Below, one piece after another: positions 9,407 to 17,383 of a DNA stretch of 64,000 nucleotides (within the stretch, counting starts at the first letter, position 1; each line of letters begins with the position of its first letter). Source of the stretch: a virus; IMG/VR virus record IMGVR_UViG_3300023179_000019. One strand, written 5' to 3'. The notes beneath the pieces are model-generated. The model did not search any database and was not told the origin of the DNA. It saw only the letters and a program-made list of their open reading frames with translations. The translations under genes were made by a program, and so were the position numbers.

Positions 9407-10062
9407 TGTTTAATTATTGCCCACCCAAAGATTTACCTGACTTATTCTCTGAAACGTTTCCTGATGGAAAAAGATATTACAAATTGGCTGATGGTACGAA
9501 ATTGCCATCAGTCACTACTGTACTAGGTGCCATGAAAAAGGAAGCAATCAGTTTATGGCGTAAACGGGTGGGTGAAGTTGAAGCGAATAAGATAACCAAA
9601 AAGGCCACAGGTCGTGGCACGAATGTTCACACTCTTTGTGAACGATATCTCAACAACGAAGATATGGGCACAATGATGCCTGATGCTTTGGAGATGTTCT
9701 ATTCATTGAAACCACTACTCAATAGAATAAATAACATACATTACCAAGAACAGGCATTATGGTCAACACAACTAGGTCTTGCTGGTCGTGTAGATTGTAT
9801 CGGTGAGTTTGATGGTTCTTTGTCCGTTATTGATTTTAAAACTTCCAGAAAAATAAAAACGAAAGACCAGATTGAAGATTATTTTTGGCAAACCGCAGCA
9901 TATGCTTTGATGTATGAAGAACTTATTGGTAAACCAATTGATAATCTAGTTGTTATCATGGCTGTAGAGTATGAACAACCTATATTATTCCAAGAAAAAA
10001 CAGAAGATCATATCGATGGCCTTGTGAAGGCTATTAAATACTATAAGGACCAATATAAATGA
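9406..10062 (+). CDS. PD-(D/E)XK exonuclease (Cas4-like, no Fe-S cysteines)
   Basis: PSVTTVL, RGTNVH, GRVDC, IDFKT, QxAAYA. Confidence 0.85.
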   Translation: MFNYCPPKDLPDLFSETFPDGKRYYKLADGTKLPSVTTVLGAMKKEAISLWRKRVGEVEANKITKKATGRGTNVHTLCERYLNNEDMGTMMPDALEMFYSLKPLLNRINNIHYQEQALWSTQLGLAGRVDCIGEFDGSLSVIDFKTSRKIKTKDQIEDYFWQTAAYALMYEELIGKPIDNLVVIMAVEYEQPILFQEKTEDHIDGLVKAIKYYKDQYK

Positions 10063-10496
10063 AAAAATTCTTAATTGCCTTGAGCATTTGTTGTGCGTTG
10101 CCAGTATTTGCTCAACAACAAAAAACAGGTGTAACATACAATGCAACTTTAACCAGAGTTATCGATGGTGATACAGTAGCGTTTCAAGCATTATGGTTGC
10201 CTGAACCTTTGAAGAAAGAATTATCTATTCGTGTCTATGGTGTCGATACACCAGAAAAAGGATTTCGTGCTAAGTGTCCGCAAGAAGATGCTAAAGGTCA
10301 AGCTGCATCACAGTTCACCAAAAAGATGGTAGAACAAGCAACTACTCGCCAAGTGGTACTAATGGATTGGGACAAATATGGTGGTCGTGTACTAGGTGAT
10401 GTATTACTCAACGGTCAATCCTTACGTTCCATGTTGATCCAACAAGGTTACGCAAGAGAATATTATGGTGAGGCAAAACAATCTTGGTGTGACTGA
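10059..10496 (+). CDS. secreted thermonuclease (SNase-like)
   Basis: Signal peptide; VIDGDT, IRVYGVDTPE, DKYGGRVLG. Confidence 0.88.
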   Translation: MKKFLIALSICCALPVFAQQQKTGVTYNATLTRVIDGDTVAFQALWLPEPLKKELSIRVYGVDTPEKGFRAKCPQEDAKGQAASQFTKKMVEQATTRQVVLMDWDKYGGRVLGDVLLNGQSLRSMLIQQGYAREYYGEAKQSWCD

Positions 10497-10503
10497 TTGG
10501 CTG

Positions 10504-10532
10504 TTGACAAAGTATAAATAATCCTGTATACT
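10504..10532 (+). promoter_or_regulatory. nested sigma70 and T4-late promoter of the tmRNA
   Basis: TTGACA-17-TATACT with TATAAATA (10513-10520) inside the spacer. Confidence 0.75.
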
Positions 10533-10539
10533 TAACAGG

Positions 10540-10918
10540 TATACAAGTTATTGCTGTATGAAGCAAAGAGAAAAGTGTTCTGGACGCGGGTTCGACTCCC
10601 GCCTGGTCCACCATAAGGAAGTTTGATGATTAACTTATTTCATGCGTTATGTTTTGCCGAAAAGTTGCCTTGGTATCTTGTTCCGGTAAAATATATTATG
10701 TGGGGATTGATTGAAATAGTGTTGTTCTTTCACAGAATCTTTATGATGGGCCAGTCATGGTTTCGACAGGGCAAAGAGTAACAGAGTGGACAGCACAGTA
10801 GGCGATGACTGTAAATCAAGCAAAACAAGTAAACGCAAACGATAGCGAATACAGATTAGCAGCCTAAACGCCGCTTAGGGTTTTTGGTAGTTTATCCTCG
10901 TAACAGAATTAAACTGCC
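10540..10918 (+). ncRNA. ssrA: circularly permuted (two-piece) tmRNA
   Basis: Acceptor piece first: T-arm GCGGG-TTCGACT-CCCGC then CTGGTCC-A-CCA (ends 10613). Coding piece starts GGGCCAG (10748), giving a 7-bp acceptor stem with G3.U70. Tag frame ANDSEYRLAA* at 10835-10867; 3' hairpin to about 10918. Outer ends approximate. Confidence 0.92.
10626..10781 (+). CDS. candidate 51-aa hydrophobic peptide in the tmRNA intervening segment
   Basis: AAGGA SD 10615-10619, ATG 10626, open to TAA 10779-10781. Confidence 0.4.
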   Translation: MINLFHALCFAEKLPWYLVPVKYIMWGLIEIVLFFHRIFMMGQSWFRQGKE

Positions 10919-10987
10919 TAAATAAAATTACTATCAACACACACAAGATGATAGTAAAACACATAAACACACACAAAGGAGATTAAA

Positions 10988-11263
10988 ATGAGTATGACAC
11001 CCTATGAAATTCGCCTCGAACTTTTAAAAATGGCGAAAGAAATGTTGTCTGACGATTACTACGGTAAACGTGAAGTCATCAGCAACGAATGGTCAACCAA
11101 GGTTGAAGAAGCCAAAATTAATGGTACACCTTCACCATCACATCCAGGTTTTCCATCATTCCCCTCAGAAGAAGAAATCATCAGAAAAGCAGAAATGCTC
11201 AATGGTTTCGTTTCTCAGCTCACACAACAACCAGAAGTGAAAACGAAAAAATCTAGTTCGTAA
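10988..11263 (+). CDS. conserved-type hypothetical phage protein
   Basis: AAGGAGA SD; TPYEIRLELLKMAKEML...PSEEEII. Confidence 0.8.
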   Translation: MSMTPYEIRLELLKMAKEMLSDDYYGKREVISNEWSTKVEEAKINGTPSPSHPGFPSFPSEEEIIRKAEMLNGFVSQLTQQPEVKTKKSSS

Positions 11264-11273
11264 TTGAGAAAAT

Positions 11274-11300
11274 CCGAGTCCACATTTATTGTGGATTCGG
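11274..11300 (+). other. 11-bp intergenic stem-loop
   Basis: CCGAGTCCACA-TTTAT-TGTGGATTCGG; no U-tract. Confidence 0.55.
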
Positions 11301-11319
11301 CCATCTACAAGGAGAAAAG

Positions 11320-11841
11320 ATGTTAATTAATAGAAAAAGTACACTAGTGTATTTGTTAACGTTAATATTGATTGGTGTTAATTTTATAAATCCAATTTCA
11401 ATGAGTTTTGCACAAGAAATTATTCGCCAAGAAGTTGTTGAAAATTTCAGTAAAGAATCAAATTGTTTGGCGGAAAATATTTACTACGAAGCTGCTAATG
11501 AATCATTTGAAGGCAAATTAGCAGTAGCACAGGTAACAATTAATCGTGTTAAATCGGGTAAATTTGCAGATGATATATGTGGTGTGGTAAAGCAAAAAGA
11601 TAACATCAAAGGCTCTATCGTCTGCCAATTTTCTTGGGTATGTGATTCAGTTAAACATATCGTCAGAAACAAATACAAGTGGGAAGAATCTTTAATCGTA
11701 GCTAAAAAGGCACTAACAGAAGCAGTTGTTCATGATTTAATTGCAGAACAAAATGCAATGTATTACCATGCAAATTATGTTAATCCTGGATGGAAACTAA
11801 AAAGGGTTACTCAGATTGGTGCTCACATATTTTATAAGTGA
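11320..11841 (+). CDS. SleB-like cell wall hydrolase (Hydrolase_2) with N-terminal anchor
   Basis: CLAENIYYEA, VAQVTINRV, CQFSW, YYHANYV, IGAHIFY. Confidence 0.9.
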   Translation: MLINRKSTLVYLLTLILIGVNFINPISMSFAQEIIRQEVVENFSKESNCLAENIYYEAANESFEGKLAVAQVTINRVKSGKFADDICGVVKQKDNIKGSIVCQFSWVCDSVKHIVRNKYKWEESLIVAKKALTEAVVHDLIAEQNAMYYHANYVNPGWKLKRVTQIGAHIFYK

Positions 11842-11844
11842 TGG

Positions 11845-11873
11845 TTGCTTTTGCAACTCACATGATGTATAAT
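11845..11873 (+). promoter_or_regulatory. sigma70-type promoter upstream of gp33
   Basis: TTGCTT-17-TATAAT. Confidence 0.55.
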
Positions 11874-11900
11874 GATAAATTCGAATGAAATGGAATTGTA

Positions 11901-12122
11901 ATGCCAACTAAAGATGAAATTAAAGAATTCAGTTTAATGATTGAAGAATTGGCGACCAAACTAAGATGTACACGTATGGACGCCATTCTTTATCATTGTA
12001 AAGAAACTGAATTGGAAGTTGAAGTTGCTTCAACATTGATATCTTCCGCACTAAAGAGTGTTATTAAAGAGGAAGCTCAAGAAGCAAATATGCTGAGAAA
12101 GAGTTCACGTTTGCCTTTATGA
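11901..12122 (+). CDS. gp33: late transcription coactivator gp33
   Basis: MDAILYHC..EVEVASTLIS..LK pattern; 33-59-32 synteny. Confidence 0.85.
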   Translation: MPTKDEIKEFSLMIEELATKLRCTRMDAILYHCKETELEVEVASTLISSALKSVIKEEAQEANMLRKSSRLPL

Positions 12123-12724
12123 CAGAAAACACAGGCTTCGCAGCCTATGCTTTGTGGAATGCATTGAAGCTGCACTTTACATCGGACTCTTACGACTATT
12201 TTAAGTACAACGGAAAAACAAATGTTTCTAAACAAACATTTTCCATAAGAAAAGATAAGTACCAGTTCTACAAACTTAGTCGTAAGTATAGTCTAGAAGA
12301 ATTGCGGAACTTTTATGTTGCCAATTTTGTATATGGTAAGTCTGATTGGGTCGGCGAACTTTTACAAGATGGTAACGAAAACTATTTAAAGTGGCAAAAG
12401 ATTATACAGAGCTTGACTTATACCTTTGAAAATGATATAGTACATCTGTTAGACGAAGTGGAAAAACCAAATGACTTACTTTTGGTAAGATCAAATGAGT
12501 TTCCGAAATTGTTACAGTCTGTTATGAACTACAGTATCTCAATTGAAACTGTTATAATTTTAAATGATATAATGAATTTTTTTCCTATGTGGAAAAAACA
12601 AATTGATGATGATATTGTTTGGCCTGATTGGCAAAGAAGAATCGAAAAATATTCACCGTTTATACACTACGATAAATCCAAGCTGAAAAATATTTTGAAA
12701 GAAAAGATTAAAGAATATGCCTAG
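12119..12724 (+). CDS. gp59: helicase loader gp59
   Basis: ALKLHF..YDYFKYNGK, RKDKYQFYKL, KYSPF. Confidence 0.9.
   Translation: MTENTGFAAYALWNALKLHFTSDSYDYFKYNGKTNVSKQTFSIRKDKYQFYKLSRKYSLEELRNFYVANFVYGKSDWVGELLQDGNENYLKWQKIIQSLTYTFENDIVHLLDEVEKPNDLLLVRSNEFPKLLQSVMNYSISIETVIILNDIMNFFPMWKKQIDDDIVWPDWQRRIEKYSPFIHYDKSKLKNILKEKIKEYA
12413..12441 (+). promoter_or_regulatory. intragenic sigma70-type promoter in gp59
   Basis: TTGACT-17-TATAGT with TG extension. Confidence 0.5.
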
Positions 12725-13208
12725 ATGTGAAATTTTTAACATTTATTTGGACATGGATGGCGTCATTGCTGACTTCAATAAAAGATATAAAGAATTATAC
12801 GGAATTTATCCCCATGAAGCGGACACATATAAAGTCTTTGATGGTTTCTTTTTAGAATTTATTGCTGAAGGACATTTTGCAACACTTGATTTGATGCCTG
12901 ATGCAATGTTGTTGATTGATTATTTGAAATCTTTACCAGTAAAAACAAAGATTTTATCATCAACATCTTCTGAATCTAAACACGAAGCCATTAAGGCACA
13001 AAAATTGATTTGGTTGCAAAAACACAATATTGATTTTGATCCGATCTTAGTGCCAGGAAAAAGACTAAAATGTAAGTATTCCGACCCAAATTGCATACTG
13101 ATTGATGATACCAAATCAAATATCGATCAATGGCAAGCTTATGGTGGAATCGCAATACATCATAGTGATATACATACTACACTAGATATGTTGAAAAGGT
13201 ATGTTTGA
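12717..13208 (+). CDS. HAD-family 5'(3')-deoxyribonucleotidase-like
   Basis: YLDMDGVIADF, ILIDD. Confidence 0.85.
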   Translation: MPRCEIFNIYLDMDGVIADFNKRYKELYGIYPHEADTYKVFDGFFLEFIAEGHFATLDLMPDAMLLIDYLKSLPVKTKILSSTSSESKHEAIKAQKLIWLQKHNIDFDPILVPGKRLKCKYSDPNCILIDDTKSNIDQWQAYGGIAIHHSDIHTTLDMLKRYV

Positions 13209-13217
13209 AAAAGTCTC

Positions 13218-13247
13218 TTGACAATCGCCTAAATAATATTATATAAT
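13218..13247 (+). promoter_or_regulatory. gp32 promoter (sigma70 with embedded late-like CTAAATA)
   Basis: TTGACA-18-TATAAT; CTAAATA in the spacer. Confidence 0.6.
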
Positions 13248-13307
13248 GTACAAAGTGAAAACAATCCGTTCACACACCGTTAATACTCCGTTTATAAAGG
13301 AAATACT

Positions 13308-14195
13308 ATGAGTTCATTTGCAAACCTCAAACGCCAATCTGGCAATCTCGACAAACTCTCCAAAGCAATCGAAGCACTTAACACCTCTGATGGTGGTGCA
13401 GAAAAGCAGGATAATTTCTGGCGACCAGAAGTAGACAAAGCTGGCAACGGCATGGCTACTATTCGTTTTCTTCCCGCACCAGCAGTTGATGGTGATGATG
13501 CATTGCCTTGGGTTAAAGTCTTTTCTCACGGGTTCCAAGGTCCTGGTGGTTGGTTAATCGATAACTGTTTGACCACTAAGAATCAACAATGTCCCGTATG
13601 CGAACACAACACTTCCTTGTGGAATTCCGGCATCGAAGCCAACAAAGATGTTGTTCGTAAACAAAAGCGTAAGCTCAATTACATTACAAACATTTACATT
13701 GTTTCTGATCCAAAGCATCCAGAAAACGAAGGCAAAGTCAAATTGTTCAAGTTCGGTAAAAAAATCTTTGATAAGATTACTGAGGCAATGAACCCACAAT
13801 TTGAAGATGAAACCGCAATCAATCCATTTGATTTGTGGAAAGGTGCTAACTTCAAATTGAAGATTCGTAAAGTTGAAGGTTATCAAAACTACGATAAGTC
13901 CGAATTTGAATCTCCATCCGTTCTATTGGGTGATGATGACCAACTAGAAAAAATCTGGAAATCAGAATTCTCTCTATCAGAAATGGTTTCAGAGAAAGAA
14001 TTCAAAACTTATGATGCACTCAAACAACGCTTAGACAAAGTTCTTGGCCTAAATGGTGAAGCACCGAAAACAACAGTCGAACAAGTAAAAGCTAAAAACT
14101 TTGATGCACCAAAGAAAGCTGTTGAAGAACCAGCATATGCTGATGGCGATGACGATGATCTGTCATACTTTTCAAAGCTTGCTGAAGAAGAATAA
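13308..14195 (+). CDS. gp32: single-stranded DNA-binding protein gp32
   Basis: IRFLP, HGFQG, CPVCE, FGKKIFDKI, acidic tail DDDLSYFSKLA. Confidence 0.97.
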   Translation: MSSFANLKRQSGNLDKLSKAIEALNTSDGGAEKQDNFWRPEVDKAGNGMATIRFLPAPAVDGDDALPWVKVFSHGFQGPGGWLIDNCLTTKNQQCPVCEHNTSLWNSGIEANKDVVRKQKRKLNYITNIYIVSDPKHPENEGKVKLFKFGKKIFDKITEAMNPQFEDETAINPFDLWKGANFKLKIRKVEGYQNYDKSEFESPSVLLGDDDQLEKIWKSEFSLSEMVSEKEFKTYDALKQRLDKVLGLNGEAPKTTVEQVKAKNFDAPKKAVEEPAYADGDDDDLSYFSKLAEEE

Positions 14196-14231
14196 ATAGA
14201 ATTGCGATAGGGTTCTCTGAATCCTATGGTC

Positions 14232-14261
14232 ACCACTCCAGTAAAATGGAGTGGTTTTTTT
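14232..14261 (+). terminator. intrinsic terminator after gp32
   Basis: ACCACTCCA-GTAAAA-TGGAGTGGT followed by T run. Confidence 0.8.
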
Positions 14262-14284
14262 ATGTTTGAAAATGGAGTTAAAAT

Positions 14285-15325
14285 ATGGAAATATTAAAAC
14301 TTGCGGATGGCCTTGGCTATCTATGGATGGTTTTCTTCATAATGATTTCTGCTGGACTAGCAAAAGAATATAAACTTTTTGCCCCAGCGTACTCTTATGT
14401 TAAGAATACTTTTCGTTCAAACAAATTTGTTGTAGTTCTTTTATCTGCTATTGGTGGTGTACTGCCAATTGAAGGTAGGGTGACGGTATCAGCGGGTTTG
14501 TTAGACACCGTTGCACCTAAGTCTGGTCACGGCCGTGAAAAGATGGGTATTGTTGATTATCTTTCAACGCATCACTATTATATGTGGTCGCCGTTAGAAA
14601 AGACAGTAGTTCTTCCTATTGCAGCTTTTGGGCTTACTTATGCAGCTTTTATGGGCATGATTGCACCATTATTGTTAGTTAGTTTTGCTTTTATTTCGTG
14701 GTACATTTGGCACGAAGTTAAAGATGAAGATATCGTTATCACACCAGATAACTTCAAACTAAGTACAGTAATTCGTAATGTGTTTCCAATGTTTATTGCA
14801 ATTGGTGCTTATATTTACGGTGGTGGAAAAGACAATGTTTTTGTAATCTTTGGGTTGTTGGCATTTTACTATGTCTTTATTACTCAACAATGGGGTTACA
14901 AGAAATTAATGTCTTATGTGAATTGGGAAGTCTTAGTTACTGTTGGTGTAGTTATTATACTAGGTAACTTGGCTAAATCATACAATAACGAATACATAGC
15001 ATACATCAAAGGTGCAGGTTTCGACCCGCACACATTTGTTGGCATGTTGTTGATTAGTATTGTGGGTTTTGTGGTTAGTTTCTTGATGGGTAGTAGTGGT
15101 AAGTTTATTGCATTTGCTGTTTTGATGGCTCAAATTTTTGGCCAAGAATATTTTATGTGGTTCTTTGCAGTAGATTACGCTGGTTACTTGTTAAGTCCTA
15201 CCCACAAATGTGTTATGGTCGGTAATCGATATTTTGGTACACCGCTCGTAACGTATTATAAAGCGCTTGGTGGTTGGTCAGCATTATTGATTCTGACTGC
15301 TGGTGTGTTTACTTTTTTAATTTAA
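14285..15325 (+). CDS. multi-pass permease (ion-transporter superfamily, DUF401-like)
   Basis: About 10 hydrophobic helices; GGVLP..G, GYLLSPTHKC. Confidence 0.65.
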   Translation: MEILKLADGLGYLWMVFFIMISAGLAKEYKLFAPAYSYVKNTFRSNKFVVVLLSAIGGVLPIEGRVTVSAGLLDTVAPKSGHGREKMGIVDYLSTHHYYMWSPLEKTVVLPIAAFGLTYAAFMGMIAPLLLVSFAFISWYIWHEVKDEDIVITPDNFKLSTVIRNVFPMFIAIGAYIYGGGKDNVFVIFGLLAFYYVFITQQWGYKKLMSYVNWEVLVTVGVVIILGNLAKSYNNEYIAYIKGAGFDPHTFVGMLLISIVGFVVSFLMGSSGKFIAFAVLMAQIFGQEYFMWFFAVDYAGYLLSPTHKCVMVGNRYFGTPLVTYYKALGGWSALLILTAGVFTFLI

Positions 15326-15338
15326 GGAAAAAAAAATA

Positions 15339-15893
15339 ATGAAAAAAACTATTGCAGTTTTGTCTGTAACATTGTCTACCTCTGTATTTGCAGCTGACAG
15401 CGTTACACTTGAAGGTTCTAGTGTTGATAATGTCAATGCAGCATCACAACAACAATTCTCTCTTATTGTAAAGAAAGATTTGATCAAAGATGTAGTAGGT
15501 GATGTTGCTTTTCACCAAACACAAACGGATGTTAGTAATGCTCTTGGCACACGGTTAGAAACTGGTGCAACATTCTCACAATCAAATGCTTTGGTCGGTT
15601 TTTATGCTCGCACAGCAGTAGGACAGAGATACAGTAACACCAAAGACTTTAGCTATTATTCTATCGAACCAGGTATTAATGCAAAACTCGGTTCAACAGG
15701 ACTCACAGCAAAAGTTGGTTATCGTTATCGTTCAGCGTTCGACTCTGATACAAATGGCGATCAAACACATACAATGCGTTATAGTTTAAATTATGCATTG
15801 ACGAAACTTGATGCTGTCGGTGTTCGTTATGATCGTGTACAGGGTGATAATGATCAAAAGACTATTGCACTTAGTTACACACGTTCTTTCTAA
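15339..15893 (+). CDS. outer-membrane beta-barrel (porin-like)
   Basis: Signal peptide, amphipathic strands, C-terminal YTRSF. Confidence 0.75.
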   Translation: MKKTIAVLSVTLSTSVFAADSVTLEGSSVDNVNAASQQQFSLIVKKDLIKDVVGDVAFHQTQTDVSNALGTRLETGATFSQSNALVGFYARTAVGQRYSNTKDFSYYSIEPGINAKLGSTGLTAKVGYRYRSAFDSDTNGDQTHTMRYSLNYALTKLDAVGVRYDRVQGDNDQKTIALSYTRSF

Positions 15894-15910
15894 TATAAAT
15901 TGAAATATAA

Positions 15911-15938
15911 AAAGAACCCCGCTTCGGCGGGGTTTTTT
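15911..15938. terminator. bidirectional intrinsic terminator
   Basis: AACCCCGC-TTCG-GCGGGGTT flanked by A and T runs, between convergent genes. Confidence 0.9.
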
Positions 15939-15943
15939 ATTGG

Positions 15944-17383
15944 TTAAACGATTCTCGTACTTGCAAGTAACATCTTTTGAAAAGATGGTTCCATATTTCT
16001 TACAGCAGGTAAATATTTTTTCGGTGGTACTGGACCACCATCACTATTGACTGTTGTATTTTTAACACTAGTAACAGGATCGGATCTAGATTGAGGTAAA
16101 TTTAAATCTACATTTTGTGAATTGACCGCATTTAGTTTTGATCCTAGATTAGGAGTTTCCATTGGTTCTGCTTTTGCAGCAGGCCTGCCATTCAGTTGAG
16201 TTGAAGATTCCGTGCCTCCTGAAGCCATCGGTGCAGCAGGTGTTTCTGGCGCAGGTGTTGCTGGTGATTCGGTTGTTCCTTGTGGTATAGGCGTAGCTGT
16301 CTTTTTGGTACCATCATCATTGTAGTATGGCGCAAAATCTCTGTTCCATTTTTCTTCTTTTGATTTTGCAGCTAAACCTGTTCCAATAAATTGTTGTTTC
16401 GTGAAAGGCAATTTGTCTGCCATGCCTTCACCAGCCGGCCTTGGCGGCGGAATTTCATATACCTTTTCATCAGCAGCAATCTTCTTAACTTTTTCTTCAC
16501 CACCCATTTCCAACAAAAGTTTTTTCTTGGCTTCGCCTTCTTCCATGGCTAAAACTTCTTGAGCACGTTGACGACCATTCTTAATAATATCTTCTAGTTT
16601 TTCACGTCCACCAAGTGCTTCAATATCTCTATCACTTCCGTTCTGCAAAACGGCCTGCGCTTCATCAGGACTTAAAGCTTTCATATTAGATGTGTTTTCA
16701 GCTAACTTTTTTAGTCCAAAGGATATCAAAGCAATAAGAGCAACCATAGAAGTTACTCCCAATAATGCAAGACCTACGGGACTCGCAAACCAACGCAACA
16801 CATCCATCAATTTTTTTGCTACATCTGCACCACCAAGTAAATCCGACAAAGAAAAACCATCTTCACTTTTTAATTTTACTGCTGTTGCTTTACTTGAATA
16901 TGGTTTACCCGTAATCGCTTCAATTAATTCTTTGTGTCTTTTTAATTTCTCAATATCATTTTCTTCTTTATAATTATTTTGTTTTTCTCTACGCTTCCTT
17001 TCATCATCAAGTGATTTTTTCATTAACACATAGATTTTTTCTAGTGTCTTAGAGAAACCGCCAGTTGATTGTAATTGAGGAATTCTAGTTGATCTTTCTC
17101 CCATTGCCGAAGCTCGACCACCCCTTTTAACACCCGAAAAGAAATCAATTGATTCACGGCTTCTTCCTGTAGCTTTACCCAACATAGCAGGAGCCCAATT
17201 ACTACCAAATGTAAGAAACTTGGCAATATTCATTGGATCAAATGTTTGCTTGATGCGTGTTGCTCTGGCTTTTGATTTTAAAGAAATAGTCTTTCTAAGT
17301 GACGAAAAGGCACCACCCTCTTGTTCAGCAAGAAGTGTGCCAAAAGATTTGTTTCTTATGTTTTGTGCTTGTCTGTAGTCCAT
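15944..17383 (-). CDS. tape-measure/gp29-like protein, paralog 2
   Basis: Downstream of gp26/51; helical, TM-like segment, C-terminal VKNTTVN; N-domain shared with neighbour. Confidence 0.55.
   Translation of the reverse strand: MDYRQAQNIRNKSFGTLLAEQEGGAFSSLRKTISLKSKARATRIKQTFDPMNIAKFLTFGSNWAPAMLGKATGRSRESIDFFSGVKRGGRASAMGERSTRIPQLQSTGGFSKTLEKIYVLMKKSLDDERKRREKQNNYKEENDIEKLKRHKELIEAITGKPYSSKATAVKLKSEDGFSLSDLLGGADVAKKLMDVLRWFASPVGLALLGVTSMVALIALISFGLKKLAENTSNMKALSPDEAQAVLQNGSDRDIEALGGREKLEDIIKNGRQRAQEVLAMEEGEAKKKLLLEMGGEEKVKKIAADEKVYEIPPPRPAGEGMADKLPFTKQQFIGTGLAAKSKEEKWNRDFAPYYNDDGTKKTATPIPQGTTESPATPAPETPAAPMASGGTESSTQLNGRPAAKAEPMETPNLGSKLNAVNSQNVDLNLPQSRSDPVTSVKNTTVNSDGGPVPPKKYLPAVRNMEPSFQKMLLASTRIV

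Noticed and set aside
9406-10062. CRISPR-associated Cas4
   Set aside because: No Fe-S cysteines and no other cas genes or array; it is a common phage exonuclease.
10580-10613. tRNA gene
   Set aside because: Only a T-arm and 3' acceptor strand. The 5' strand lies downstream with a tag frame, so it is a permuted tmRNA.
10408-10614. 68-aa minus-strand ORF
   Set aside because: Antisense shadow of the tmRNA T-arm and the SNase gene.
14200-14260. Fluoride or other known riboswitch
   Set aside because: GCGATAGGGTTC resembles the start only loosely and the downstream conserved elements are missing.
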